64,000 nucleotides of DNA from Octopus sinensis. Its lineage: Eukaryota. Position numbers and translations under genes: made by a program. Position 1 is the stretch's first letter, and the number at the start of each line of letters is the position of its first letter. The notes below the pieces were generated by a model. It was not told where the DNA came from. It ran no database searches and worked only from the letters and a program-made list of their open reading frames with translations. Location of the stretch: NCBI RefSeq assembly GCF_006345805.1, contig NC_043012.1, positions 7,440,001-7,504,000 on the forward strand, in the 5' to 3' direction. Below, one piece after another: positions 40,253-52,980 of the stretch.

Positions 40253-40546
40253 GGTGGTGGTGGTGGTGGTGGTGGTGGCGGCGGCGGCGGCGGCGGTGGT
40301 AGTATTTGCACCAAAGCATACGGTATAAAGTAGAAGTGGGGGGAGGGCACACTTGACGGGCAGAACACACAATGCAAAAAACGGTTCCGAAGAAGTAACC
40401 GTTTTCTTTGATCAGCGAACAAATACTCCTATATATCGAAGCGATTCGGCTTTGAAGATGAAACAAGAAATTTGTTGCTCTTGCGACACCAATCTGAGAG
40501 TGAGGGTTGCCTCTTGTAAAATTTAGGCATATCTATATTACTCACA

Positions 40547-40848
40547 GTCGAGGCACATGGCCTAGTGGTTACAGCAGCGGACTTGCGGTCGAGGGATCGC
40601 GGGTTCGAATCTCAGACCGGGTGATGTGTGCGTTTATGAGCGAAACACTTAAGCTCCACGCGGCTCCGACAGAAGATAATGGCGAACTTCTGCTGACTCT
40701 TTTGCCACAAATTTCTCTCACTCTTTCCGCCTGCATTTTGCAGCTCACCTGCGACGGACCGGCGTCCCGTCCAGGTGGGGAACCTATACGTCAAGGAAAC
40801 CGGGAAACCGGCCCTTATGAGACAGGCATGGCTCGAGAAAGAACAAAC
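40547..40848 (+). mobile_element. tRNA SINE family D, full length
   Basis: A/B boxes tggcctagtgg and gggttcgaatct; body shared with 10288 and 53872. Confidence 0.85.
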
Positions 40849-40929
40849 AACATATTACTCAGTGTCGCAATGAAACCAGATCTATTCCAGACACGCTCGA
40901 CAGTGTGTGACTGAGAACGAAAGACTTTA

Positions 40930-41500
40930 AGCATCTTCGACTACACTGCTGGCGACAACCTTTGGTAAAATCTTCAACTCCGTATCATGAAATAGTTATG
41001 ATCCTGAAGTTGTCTTTTATATCCCGGATCCTTCCTCAACAGCATCCCTTCTGCCTACCTCATATAGCTGAGAATGTTCTCAAGCTGCTTCCAACTGCAA
41101 TAAACGGCTGTTAAGACAGTAGCAAACATCCCTGATATGTAGCATTAAAGCTTGCAGAGGAAACCGTCACCTTCTGATGATATTCTCTTCATACAGCGGC
41201 TCACCACATCTGCCATTTTGACTGTTGAAATTGATGTTTTCCCAGCACTGCGCGGCTTTATTGAGGGTCACGATAGGTCATTTTGGTAGCTATCGAAACC
41301 CATCGTCTCCAGTCCAAGAACGTTGCTAATAAACTGCACACAGCAGTTTGGAATTGAATAGCATGCATCATCGGTAGTCCATTAGAGATTGAATTGTAAC
41401 TCTGCTGCTACGACGCACCTTTTACACTCGACCGTTCATCATTCGGTTTTCGTGTCCTCGTATTTCAGAATATGCACTCTAGCAGCAACAACAACAACGT
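40930..41500 (-). pseudogene. Highly decayed coding-like remnant, possibly an RLE-type (Hero/NeSL-like) non-LTR element
   Basis: Broken readings QQSKWQMW, CKL*C..QLENILSY and FHDTELKIL loosely resemble the zinc-knuckle region. Confidence 0.3.
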
Positions 41501-41551
41501 ATCCTTTGTGCCTCACGTTGAAGAAACGGTAATTGACATGGTTGGAGATAA

Positions 41552-41948
41552 TCTATATATATAAAACTGTAGTTGTGTGAGTGTCTGTCCCCTTCGATTT
41601 AGATTCCTAACTACTCCCACATTTTGCGGTGCAGTTTAACCAAAACCGGGTATCTTATAGTCGTGATTCATATCGAGCCCTTCTGGGTATTAGTGCGAGT
41701 CTACGATGAGTCTACGATTTAAAAAATAATTTACCATTAATTTTTCCCATTTTTAATGCATTTTTGGCATATATAAGGGAAGTAACTCTCTAAAAATTTA
41801 TTATTAAATCTCAGAACGTAAAAAGCTACAGTAACACCCCCCCTTTGTGATTAGCCATGTTGAGATGGCTATTATACTTTACATCTCTAAAAATGCTTAT
41901 ATAGTTATTTCCCTTACAAACCCGAGCAACGCCGGGCGATACTGCTAT
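41552..41948 (+). mobile_element. Non-autonomous Helitron-like element
   Basis: A|TCtatatatataaaac at the 5' end and cccgagcaacgccggg..CTAT|T at the 3' end. Homologous to 24079 and 57277. Confidence 0.85.
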
Positions 41949-42149
41949 TTCTATCTAAAGGATTACTGATTCCTCTTAAAGCAGAAGAGTTTCGAGTTGT
42001 TGCTGGTGGTGGTGGTGGCGGCGGCGGCGACGGTTGTGGTGGTGGTGGCGTTGACATTTTTTTAGATGCTAAAGTATGACACTAAAATTAGATGCAAACA
42101 CCGAAATCAGAGAATTAAACTCGAATCACGATGAAACTGATAAAACAAA

Positions 42150-42670
42150 ACAGAGAGAAGCGAAGGAAAAAGAAAAGTGTACTACGGAATCTGACTCAAT
42201 TAATTGTAAAAACTAAAAAGCGATGCTAGAAATAATAGGTATAAATAACCATTCCGTAATAAATTAAAGTTTCATTATAACAAAGTGCAAGTGATTCGAT
42301 AAGATTATGGTGAAAGTGAACTACAGAGACTACTAACAACGTTTCTATGCCACCACTTCAAAGATTATTCGGATAGCATACATCTACTCGCCATACAAGA
42401 GTGACAGTGTCTGATAAACATAGGAAACTTCAACAAAGTAACAACAGCGGACTAGGAAAATACTTAGAATTAAGCAAAGCGAAACTGATAAGTGTACTAA
42501 GGAAATATAAGATCTCTCTCGCAATACATACACACACACGCATGCAAGGATACATATAAGGAAAATAGTCAAGTACAAACGGGAAACTATCTACACTGAA
42601 ATAACAAATTTAGACCAAAACAACAGAAAAAAAAAAGTTAAAGAAAATGCACTAAACATCAAAACGGAAT
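42150..42670 (+). mobile_element. Decayed R4-like RT region
   Basis: RLLTTFLCHHFKDYSDSIHL..LINIG..KYLELS resembles the HHPKADxDRLY..GL motif. Confidence 0.4.
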
Positions 42671-42717
42671 TTCAAAATACATTGGTTTCAAATTTTGGAA
42701 CAAGGGCAGCAAGTTCG

Positions 42718-42756
<39 letters not shown>

Positions 42757-43180
42757 GTGGGCTTCGATTACATCGACCGCAGCGCTAGATTGATACTTAT
42801 TTTATCGACTCCGACAGGATGAAAGGTAAAGTCGACCTCGGAAGAATTTGAACCCAGAACGTAAAGACGGACGAAATGCCGCTAAGCAACTCGTCGCCTT
42901 ACGGAATTTCAAAATATATTGTGAACGAGTTTAGCGATAAAAGCCATCTCTGGGCCAATATTTCGTAAGGCACAATGGGGAGTAAGTAAGCCCGATTGAA
43001 ATCCAACATTAGTGTTAAGGACTCTGGACTTCAACCGAAAAAGGCCTGGTTTTTTACTGCACATAACTAATGCTAACTAACAAACAACTAGGAGAAGAAA
43101 ATAATATTTTCTAATCTAGGCACAAGGCCCGGAGAAAAATAATATAATGAACAAAGATACAAACAGGAAATACATACAAT

Positions 43181-43597
43181 GCGTAGGAGTGGCTGTGTGG
43201 TAAGTAGCTTGTTTACCAACCACATGGTTCCGGGTTCAGTCCCACTGCGTGGCACCTTGGGCGAATGTCTTCTACTATAGCCTCGGGCCGACCAAAGCCT
43301 TGTGAGTGGATTTGGTAGACGGAAACTGAAAGAAGCCCGTCGTATATATGTATATACATATGTGTGTGTGTGTGTGTATGTTTGTGTGTCTGTGTTTGTC
43401 CCCCTAGCATTGCTTGACAACCGATGCTGGTGTGTTTATGTCCCCGTTACTTAGCGGTTCGGCAAAAAGAGACCGCTAGACTAAGTACTGGGCTTACAAA
43501 AAGAATAAGTCCCGGGGTCGAGTTGCTCGATTAAAGGCGGAGCTCCAGCATGGCCGCAGTCAAATGACCGAAACAAGTAAAAAAGAATAAAGAGAGA
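43181..43597 (+). mobile_element. CORE-like SINE family B, full length
   Basis: Near-consensus head, core and tail. Confidence 0.9.
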
Positions 43598-44269
43598 ATG
43601 CAATGAGGCACTTTTTATACTTCTAGCTCCAGTTTTTCATAATCTAGACGTAATAAAAATGCACGTCAGCATCTTTCTGTGACGAATTTCGAACATTTTC
43701 AGTTTCTGTCATTGGCAAGGACCAACTGGCGTCTAGCTGTTCAGTCAGCACACTTGCAATAGAATTTTTAACGTGACAGCTTAACATTTTTTTAAAACGT
43801 ACCCAGTTTCACGTTGTCAAACCGCAGCTGCTGCGAAAGGATATTTCTATATTGTAATTAATGGAGAAATTTTACATATTCGCTATCTAATATCGGTGAA
43901 GTATTTCATAATTTGAAAATGGGAGGGACAATATAGAACATTTCAGTTAGCAATAAAAAAAACCCTGGTTTATTTGTGGCTGAAATGCTTTTATAAGAAA
44001 AAAAAGGCAAGGAGGGTTTGTAGGTTGCTAAACCATTATACAGAGCAATGCGAGTTTTTAAAATAATTTCTTTACTAAATATCTGCGAAAGTTTCTTTGG
44101 CAAAGAATGCATAATAATTCTTTCTTTGATCTGATTTTAAGGATTATGACATAACTATAACTTTGTGAATTTGTAATTTACTTACGTTGCGTAAAAATTA
44201 CCACAATTTCAGTTTCGCTTGATCATCATTTCTACAATTGGAACAGGACCTAAAGTTTAGTAGATGGCA

Positions 44270-44612
44270 TCGACTCTAGTGCTCAACTGGAATTGTTTTA
44301 TCGGCCTTGAAAGGGATGAAAGGTAAATTCCACTCAAGCGGAATTTGAACTCAGAACATAAAGAAGGAAGAAATGCCACTAAGCCTTTTGTCCGGCGTGC
44401 CAGCTCATCATCTTCAGATCAAATAGATATAACTTTCAAATTTTGGCACAAGGCCAGCAATTTGGGGGAGGGGGTAAGTCGATTGCATCGACACTAGTAC
44501 TCAACTGGTACTTATTTTATCGAACCCTGAAAAGATAAAAGCAAAGTCGACCTCGGCGGAATTTGAACTCATGCCCGGCTGGCTAAGTATTCAACCAGCT
44601 CGCCGCCTTAAA
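44270..44612 (-). mobile_element. tRNA SINE family A, diverged tandem copies
   Basis: Two gcggaatttgaactca bodies. Confidence 0.7.
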
Positions 44613-44908
44613 CATCAAATAAATATGAGAATGAAATTAGTTTTTCATTGAGGAAATAATTTTATGAAAAGCGTGATTAAAGAGTCAACCAAACAACCAA
44701 CCAACATTTATATTACGTATTATTATTATACAGAGATATCTATATTTATAAAGTTAATGTTAAAATTTAGTTTTACATTTAACTTTTTTATTGACTTCTG
44801 CTTTTGATTTTGTAACTCCTATGCCTGACAAATTCGGCTCATTTTGAACTTTGTTTTTCGGCATCAAGACTTCAGAGCAAGGTTATTTTCTCTGTTATGA
44901 ATTTGAAA

Positions 44909-45199
44909 TCACCAACTGAAATGATCAGTGATTGCAACGACTTCGAATGGGTTTTGTTCCGTGTCCTCCAAGACTATAGAAGGTGGCTGTGGAAGATAGC
45001 ACCCTAGACATGTGCAGTAATTGTGTGTTTGTGGTGGAGGAGAGAAGAACGACGCCCTCCATTCACATTGGATAATGGTTTTGATGTTTTTGTTCATGGT
45101 GTTACAATAGGTTTGACGTGAGGTTGCGTCTACGTTGCGTGTGGGTGACGCCAATGCCACGAACGTTAGAAAAAAGTGAAATGACATTCTCATCAGCAT
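44909..45199 (-). CDS. Candidate 96-aa secreted Cys-rich ORF or alternative exon
   Basis: Unique sequence. Acceptor ccttcaacAG at 45212-45211, 11 nt before the ATG. Hydrophobic N-terminus MLMRMSFHFFLTFVALA, 5 Cys, AATAAA at 44792-44787. Confidence 0.5.
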   Translation of the reverse strand: MLMRMSFHFFLTFVALASPTRNVDATSRQTYCNTMNKNIKTIIQCEWRASFFSPPPQTHNYCTCLGCYLPQPPSIVLEDTEQNPFEVVAITDHFSW

Positions 45200-46612
45200 A
45201 GAAGAGAGCTCTGTTGAAGGTAATAGTAAGGTCGTTGTGACCTTAGTTGGTTGTGACTTCCTAAATTACTTCTAAAAGCCACGATATTAAAGTACATTCA
45301 CTCGGTTGGGAAGTTCAGTAAATCTTTTTAACACATGTAAATAAAATTTTTTTTAAAAAATGATCCCTTTTTTTTACAATTCACTGATTAAGGATCTAAC
45401 GTATACTAACGACTTTCACCTGCTAACTCACGCAGAATAAAAGATAACATGTTATTCACTGATTGTTTTCTCAAGTGAAGCAAAGATCAATTACCTTGGT
45501 AATTGATCTCAGTGGGAGCAACACGATCTGTATTCACTCTTCTTTACATAATATTTGCCATCAGAAAATATCATATAAAGAGTCGTTAGAAGTCGTGGGA
45601 GCGATGAGTATAATGTTTCTCCGTACTTTTTCTGATTGTCTGCGTTCTGAGTTCCAATCCCGCTAACGTAAGTTTTGCTTTTTAGTCTTTCGGATCGATA
45701 AAAAAAGTTCTTCCAGTCAGAGCTGTTGAAAGTGTTAGTGGGTAGGGAAGAAAGGTGCCTTGTAGAGCTTATTTTTAGCTCTTTGCGTTCTAACACCAAA
45801 CTCTGCAGCGGAACTAGTAACGCGCAATATAAAGTCTCTTCTCAGATACTGGTCGTCACACCCGTAGACGATCATTCGGGATGCGCCCTAATCAAAAACA
45901 CAGACACGCACACACACACACACACACACACACGCATACATATGTATAGATGCGCACACAGCGGACAAAGACAGCTACATTGAGGTTGTTAGCAAAAACG
46001 CACAACACGAAAGTGTTTAAGACTTGCCAAAGCTCATGGGAGACAGATTCGAAACCTGTACTTATTTTTAAGTCTGATTCTTATTCTGTCGTTATCTTTT
46101 ACCGCACCACTAAGATACAGGGGCGTAAAAAAAATCACCACCAGCTGTCAAGCGGTGGAAGAATAAGCAGAAATGTAAAGACGTACGCACACATCCACAG
46201 ATACATACACCCATACACACCCATACACACCCACGCACACATGTATACGACAGGCTTTCACACAGTTTCGGTCAACCAAAATCCCCCACAAGGCATTAGT
46301 CGGCCTGAGGCTATAGTAGAAGGCACTTGCTTAAAGTGCCATACAGAGGAACTGAACCCGAAACCCTGTGGTTGCAAAAGCAAGTTTCTTAACCACACAG
46401 CCAAATACTGCTATACTGGTTGTCTAAAATATTTTACAGTTTCATATCGCATAAATAATGTGATTTAGTGATGATGAGTTCAAATCACTGTCGGCACTTA
46501 TTCTATTAGTCTCCTTTTGCCGAACCGCTTTGTTACAGGGACGTAAACAAAGTAATACCGGTTGGTAAGCAGTGACAGGGGTGACAAAGACATATACACA
46601 CACACGCACACA

Positions 46613-46666
<54 letters not shown>

Positions 46667-46679
46667 ATAAATATTAGGG

Positions 46680-47600
46680 AATATATCCAAATTTACAGGG
46701 AATGGTTTTTTTTAGGTAATTTGTGGTATTTTGTATATTTTAGGTGTTGGTTATTTTTTTACATTGTTTCATTCATAATTTTGAGTGGTGTTCGTTTTGC
46801 CACGTGAATAACCGGGTGGTGGACTAGCGTTGCTTGGAATGTGAATGGAATAGTGTAGTAGTGAGGTAGGCATAGAGAATGGGATTGGGTTACTGCAAGT
46901 TGTTTGTTAGAGATGCTAAGGTGAGTTAAAGCTCATAAATGTATATAATGTTTTTTGTGGGTGTGTAAGTATGTTGTATATGTCGAGTTTAGTGAGTATG
47001 TATAGGCGTATATGTGAGGGAGTATATGTATCTTTTGTGTGTGAGTGTTTTGCGTGTGAGTGTGTGTTTTGTGTGTGAATGTGTATATGGGTTGTTATTT
47101 AGGTTTTGGGATGTAGTGTTAATTTGTCTGTGTGGGGAGGGAGTGGGTTTTGGGGTATATGAGGTTTATAAGTTAGTATAGGTATGTGTATAAGTCGTGA
47201 GTTTGTGGTTTACGTGTGTGTATTTGTGTGTGAATGTTTAGGTTAGGGGGTTTACTTTATAGGTTTGTTATAGAGTTTAGCAAAGGGAGATTTTATCGTT
47301 ATATGTTTTTAAGAGTTTTGTTTTATCATGGTTTTTTTTTAGGGAATTCGTGGTAATTAGTCTATATTTTCGATATGGATTATATATAGGTTATATATGG
47401 ATTATATACTTATATTTTTCATTTATACTTTAATTATTTAAAAGTATTATTTTTATATTTTAAAATTTTGATTTTTTAGATTGGAAGTCCACCTGAAGAT
47501 TGTCGATCAAGACAAGAAACGATTGTAGTGGCGGTTTTTTTGACTATTTATTAAATTTTATGTATTGATTAAGTCTTTCCTTGTTTGTTTTGCAAAATAG
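46680..47600 (+). mobile_element. GT-rich element ending in a hammerhead (probable Penelope-like or retrozyme-like sequence)
   Basis: Strong G/T strand skew over ~800 bp, then an intact HHR, then an AT-rich tail. Confidence 0.45.
47489..47531 (+). ncRNA. Minimal type I hammerhead ribozyme motif, intact core
   Basis: ccac-CTGAAGA-ttgtc(gatcaa)gacaa-GAAA-C(gatt)G-TA-gtgg. Predicted GUA cleavage after 47527. Confidence 0.8.
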
Positions 47601-48162
47601 TGGTTTTGTCTCAAATAATATTTTATATATATATATATATATATACAAACACACATATGTACATACGAAGGGTTTCTTTCAGTTTCCGTCGAACAAATTC
47701 ACTCACAAGGTTTTGGTCTGTCCGGGGATTTAGTAAAAGACGCTACATGGTAAAACTGAACCCGAAACCATGTAGCTGAGAAGACAGCTTCTTACATGCC
47801 ACAGAGTAACGTCTGCTCCCATGAGTTTATAAACGGTTTCAGATCACCAATATGGTAGATTCTCTCTGAAACCACATCGACAACTTTCACGGAGAGCAAC
47901 ATTCCATAATGGCTAACTTGCTGGTTATCTAAAATATGGCGGATTATATGCTAGCGTCTGAATATATGCATATAGCATGGGAAATTGCACAAACTTGTAC
48001 ATACACTCAATGCAGTACACTCACACACACCACACACACACTAACAAACATACATGTATATAAATGTATTTACAATTTATCCCTACATGAACAGATGTAC
48101 ATATAAGTGCTAAATATTTCAAGTATGTTCAAGTGTTTGATATATATATATATATATTTGCT

Positions 48163-48196
<34 letters not shown>

Positions 48197-48235
48197 AAAG
48201 CATCATACGTACTTACACCCATGTATACACGTATG

Positions 48236-48347
<112 letters not shown>

Positions 48348-48554
48348 GAGAGAGAGAGGGTGAGGGAGAGTGAAAGAAGCACAAGGAAGAAAGCATATGT
48401 GTGTGTGTATGTATGTATGTATGTATGTATGTATGTATGTATGTATGTATGTATGTATGTGTGTGTATGTATGTATACACGCGAACATATATGCACGGTT
48501 GTGTGGTTAAGAGGCTCGTTTTCCCCATGCGGCTTAGTTTCGTAAACTACTTAC

Positions 48555-48749
48555 AGAAGCCTAGTTCGTCAGACGCGGGCAGCCGAATGGAGAGGTACAA
48601 GAAGTCCAAGATTGCTACCGGAAATTGGACTGCTCTTGTCGAAGGCGGATCGCACGGTGTTATTAGAAGAGGAATCGAAATGCATTAAAAAGGTAAATTT
48701 CTTGGACCGCTTGGCTGGACAGGAAGCTGGTGCATTTCGCTGTTTGACT
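48555..48749 (-). other. Candidate non-coding (5' UTR) exon
   Basis: Unique CpG-rich island. Donor CT|GTAAGT at 48555/48554, Inr-like TCAGTC at 48751-48746, alternative acceptor cttcctgtccAG at 48716-48715. No frame stays open to the donor. Confidence 0.4.
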
Positions 48750-49492
48750 GATCTTTGAAAGTGTCTTGCGCGAACGGATCTGTCGCCGGTGAGGATGTCA
48801 GTGCGTGTGTATATACCAGCTGCATGAGTGCGTAGATGTGGGTGCTTGGTGCCTGTACGTGTGTACCTGTTGCGAGTGTATGAGTCAGCTGTGTACATTA
48901 TCTGCGTGCGTACCATTTGCTTGTGTGTGTATGTGTGTATGAGTGTGTACATGTCTATGTGTGTACACGCGCGCGTGCATGAATACGTGTGCGTTTGCGC
49001 CTTCTGTATGCACGTGTGTGCGCGTGCCTGGTTAAGTTGCGTGCTATTTTATCGATTCGTCCCCGAAAGAAACAAAGGCAAACTGACTCCGGTGGTGTTC
49101 GAACGCAGAACGTAGTTAGTCGGAAGAAATGCCGCTAAGCACTTTGTCTGGAGAGCTATCGACTCTGCCGGGCGCTTATTAGTAGGAGATGATGTTAATA
49201 GCTATTAGAATTTTGTTGTTTGTTATGAATAATATTATCATCTAAAACATATGTTCCTCTATTTACACGGTTTCGATTTGTGCAGTAATCGGCCGAAACC
49301 AATCTACCGTGTTAATCGAGAAAACACTATACAATACCGCATTTTTCTACGAACAAGTCGCTGTAGCATGTAATATAAACACGTAACGTAGACATCGTCA
49401 CAATCTTTCCAAATTCTGCTGCATTCCACTCGGAAGTTTTGGTCTTCTAAAGTCATCTTGGTGCATAAGACGACAGACCTTATTTTTGGTAT

Positions 49493-49694
49493 ACTCTTTT
49501 ACTTGTTTCAGTCATTTTGACTGCGGCCATGCTGGAGCACCGCCTTTAGTCGAGCAAATCGACCCCGGGACTTATTCTTTTTGTAAGCCCAGTACTTATT
49601 CTATCGGTCTCTTTTGCCGAACCGCTAAGTGACGGGGACGTAAACACACCAGCATCGGTTGTCAAGCAATGCTAGGGGGGACAAACACGCACAA

Positions 49695-49766
<72 letters not shown>

Positions 49767-49932
49767 TACGACAGGCTTCTTTCAGTTTCCGTCTACCAAA
49801 TCCACTCACAAGGCATTGGTCGGCCCGGGGCTATAGCAGAAGACACTTGCCCAAGATGCCACGCAGTGGGACTGAACCCAGAACCATGTGATTGGTAGGC
49901 AAGCTACTTACCACACAGCCACTCCTGCGCCC
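49493..49932 (-). mobile_element. CORE-like SINE family B, full length
   Basis: Reverse complement of family B; lies 70 bp from the exon A donor. Confidence 0.9.
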
Positions 49933-50003
49933 GTATGTAAATTTTAGTCGGAAAAATACATGTATTTCGGAAAATACGAGTACAGTAATTCCCATTCACT
50001 TAC

Positions 50004-50134
50004 CAATACATTCTTTGTGTGGAACCTCAGTGACTTCGTTCAGAAATTGTAAAAATATTTTGCATGGAACACGCCTCGTTTTGACGCCAGTCCCACATGT
50101 GACACTGCAAGGTGACCAATCATATGGGATGAAT
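50004..50134 (-). CDS. madd-4: Internal coding exon A: thrombospondin type-1 repeat of an ADAMTSL1/3 (MADD-4/punctin/nolo)-like protein
   Basis: Acceptor tttcatgtctttccAG, donor TTG|GTAAGT, 131 nt, phase 2 to 1. Encodes FIPYDWSPCSVTCGTGVKTRRVPCKIFLQFLNEVTEVPHKECI; the FIP..W and CKIFLxF pattern matches my recollection of this ADAMTSL TSR. Confidence 0.9.
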
Positions 50135-50347
50135 CTGGAAAGACATGAAACAAAATTAATGCCGGAATACTTATTTGTGTGTGTGCCTATGTAGTTTTTA
50201 TGAGTGTGCGTGTGTGTGAGTGTGTGAGCGTGTGTGTGTGTGTGCGTGCGTGCGCATGCGATGTGTGTATGCGTTTTTTATGTGCGTGTGAGTGTACTCA
50301 AAACGACAGCGTACGTATAGATGTTTATAATACACATATACCATTTA

Positions 50348-50695
50348 GAAGGCGCATGGCTCAGTGGTTAGAGCGTCGAGCTTACGATCGTGAGGTTGTG
50401 AGCTCGAATCCCGGACCGGGCTGCGTGTTGTGTTCTTGAGCAAGGCACTTTATTTCACGTTGCTCCAGTTCACTCAGCTGTAGAAATGAGTTGCGACGTC
50501 ACTGGTGCCAAGCTGTATCGGCCCCTTTGCCTTTCCCTTGGATAACACTGGAGGCGTGGAGAGGGGAGGCTGGTATGCATGGGCGACTGCTGGTCTTCCA
50601 TAAACAACCTTGCCCGGACTTGTGTCTAGGAGGGTAACTTTCTAGGTGCAATCCCATGGTCATTCATGACCGAAGGAGGTCTTTACCCTTTACCT
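50348..50695 (+). mobile_element. tRNA+CORE SINE family C, full length
   Basis: gaaggcgcatggctcagtggttagagc..gagctcgaatccc..ttgagcaaggcact. Confidence 0.9.
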
Positions 50696-50824
50696 TTGAA
50701 TGGATGTGAATGGAATTTATACCACGTGAGTGCATGTACGTGTGCGTTCAGGTGTATGTGTGCGTGTATATGTGTGTGCGCGCATGTTTGTATACAAGTG
50801 TGTGTACGGATCGTTTCTTATATC

Positions 50825-51500
50825 GGTTTCAAATTTTGGCACAAGGCCAGCAAGTTTAGGGCAGGGGGCAAGTCGATTACATTAACCCCAGTGCTCAGCA
50901 GGCACTTCCTTTATCTACTCCCAAAGGGATGAACGGTTAAGTCAACCTCGGCGGAATTTGAACTCAGAACGTAAAGACGGACGAAATGCCGCCAAGCATT
51001 TCACCCTGTGTGCTAACGATTCTTTTCTACTCTAGGGGAGGGGGCTAGTCGATTAGATCGACCCCAGTATGCAACTAGTACTTAATTTATCGACACCGAA
51101 AGGATGAAAGGAAAAGTCGACCTCGACGGAATTTGAACTCAGAACGTAAGGACAGACGAAATACCTATTTCTTTAATACCCACATGGGGCTAAACACAGA
51201 GGGGACAAACAAGGACAGACAAACGGATTAAGTCGATTACATCAACCCCAGTGCGTAACTGGTACTTAATTTATCGACCCCGAAAGGATGAAAAGCAAAG
51301 TCGACCTCGACGGAAGTTGAACTCAACGTAGCGGCAGACAAGATACCGCTAAGCATTTCGCCCGGCGTGCTAACGTTTCTTATTTCTTTATCTAAAAGCA
51401 AAGTCGATCTCGGCGGCATTTGAACTCAGAACGTAACGAAGGGCGAAACACTGCGAAGTATTTTGCCCGGTGTGCTAACGATTCTGCCAGCTCACCGCCT
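50825..51500 (-). mobile_element. tRNA SINE family A multi-copy cluster
   Basis: At least four bodies in tandem. Confidence 0.8.
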
Positions 51501-51742
51501 CAAATCGTTTCTTATACTAAAATATATTTTGCTCTCTGTGAAGAATTTCCACTTAAGCGACAACAGTTCGGAATCAAAGTCGTAGACACATAGACATGTG
51601 TGTGTGTGTTCGTGTATGCATATCTTCTCACTCCCATACACATTACATCTATCTACCCTTATACACACGCATATACATATATATGCTCACATGCATACAA
51701 TTATACATTACACACACGCGCTCATGTATAAATACATATACG

Positions 51743-51774
<32 letters not shown>

Positions 51775-51838
51775 TTAATAAATATAAGGGTAGCAAAAAA
51801 TTCTAGAAAAAATTCTCCGCTACCATTCCTTATATTGT

Positions 51839-52025
<187 letters not shown>

Positions 52026-52207
52026 GATAGAAATACAGACATCCATATCCGTGCTATTAACGAACAAAGAAGTGAGTAATCAAGACCGCATTGGGAAATG
52101 AATAATTTCTTTTTATAGTAGCGTGCTGCTAATAGGATACCAATAGTTTCATGCGAATGTATCTGTAATGACTCAACTGTAGCTTAAATAATGCTGGCAG
52201 CACGAGC

Positions 52208-52301
<94 letters not shown>

Positions 52302-52321
52302 TAGAAAGAGAGAGAGAGAGA

Positions 52322-52357
<36 letters not shown>

Positions 52358-52437
52358 TGTGTGTGTGTGCGTGCGTGTGTGAAACTTGTAAAATCTAAGT
52401 GTGTAAATGTCTGTATGCAAGGAGTCGAAGATGAAGT

Positions 52438-52476
<39 letters not shown>

Positions 52477-52554
52477 GGAGGATGAGGAGGAGGAGGAGGA
52501 GTTGAGGGTGAAAGAATTGTGAGCTTGAAGGGAAAAACAAATTGCTTCTCGATG

Positions 52555-52980
52555 AAGCCTGCAATTGACGGATCCGGTATATAAAGCCAAGTTTTATATA
52601 CCGGATAGTGCGACGAATGATTTGCGAGCGGAAATGGCAAGAGGCAGCTAGCCCAGTTGCCAAACTGGATGTCGCCAAAATGATCTGGGAATCGGTCAGT
52701 TCAGCGGCGGGCACACATGAATGAGGGAGGAGTGGGTTACAGAAGAGGGGCGGAGCGACGAGATCGGACTGCAGGAGATGAAAGACACGTCAGATCTGAC
52801 GACAGACAGGTAACCTGGAGGAGTGGCGAGCGAGGGGAAGCAGTGTAGTTGAGTGAGGGACGGGTACAAGAATAGAGGGCTAGAAATGTGGCCGACTTGG
52901 TGGGCGTGGATGGGAATGGCCTGAACCTTGTGAGAGCGATCGCAGACGCACACAAACACCAAGACATGCATAATTTTCGT
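52555..52980. promoter_or_regulatory. CpG-rich promoter-like island with palindromic TATA
   Basis: Perfect 14-bp inverted repeat atccggtatataaa/tttatataccggat, GC box ggggcggag, ETS/YY1-like gcggaaatggc. Confidence 0.45.

Noticed and set aside
43650-43830. Short minus reading LSCHVKNSIASVLTEQLDASWSLP
   Set aside because: In-frame stops on both sides and no credible acceptor.
44202-44249. 48-nt phase-2 micro-exon (WSCSNCR..) extending the 45199 ORF
   Set aside because: Poor polypyrimidine tract, weak donors on both sides, and no compatible onward exon.
48530-48575. Minus CTGACGA...GAAA hammerhead-like spacing
   Set aside because: Stem II closing pair absent and no stem I complement.
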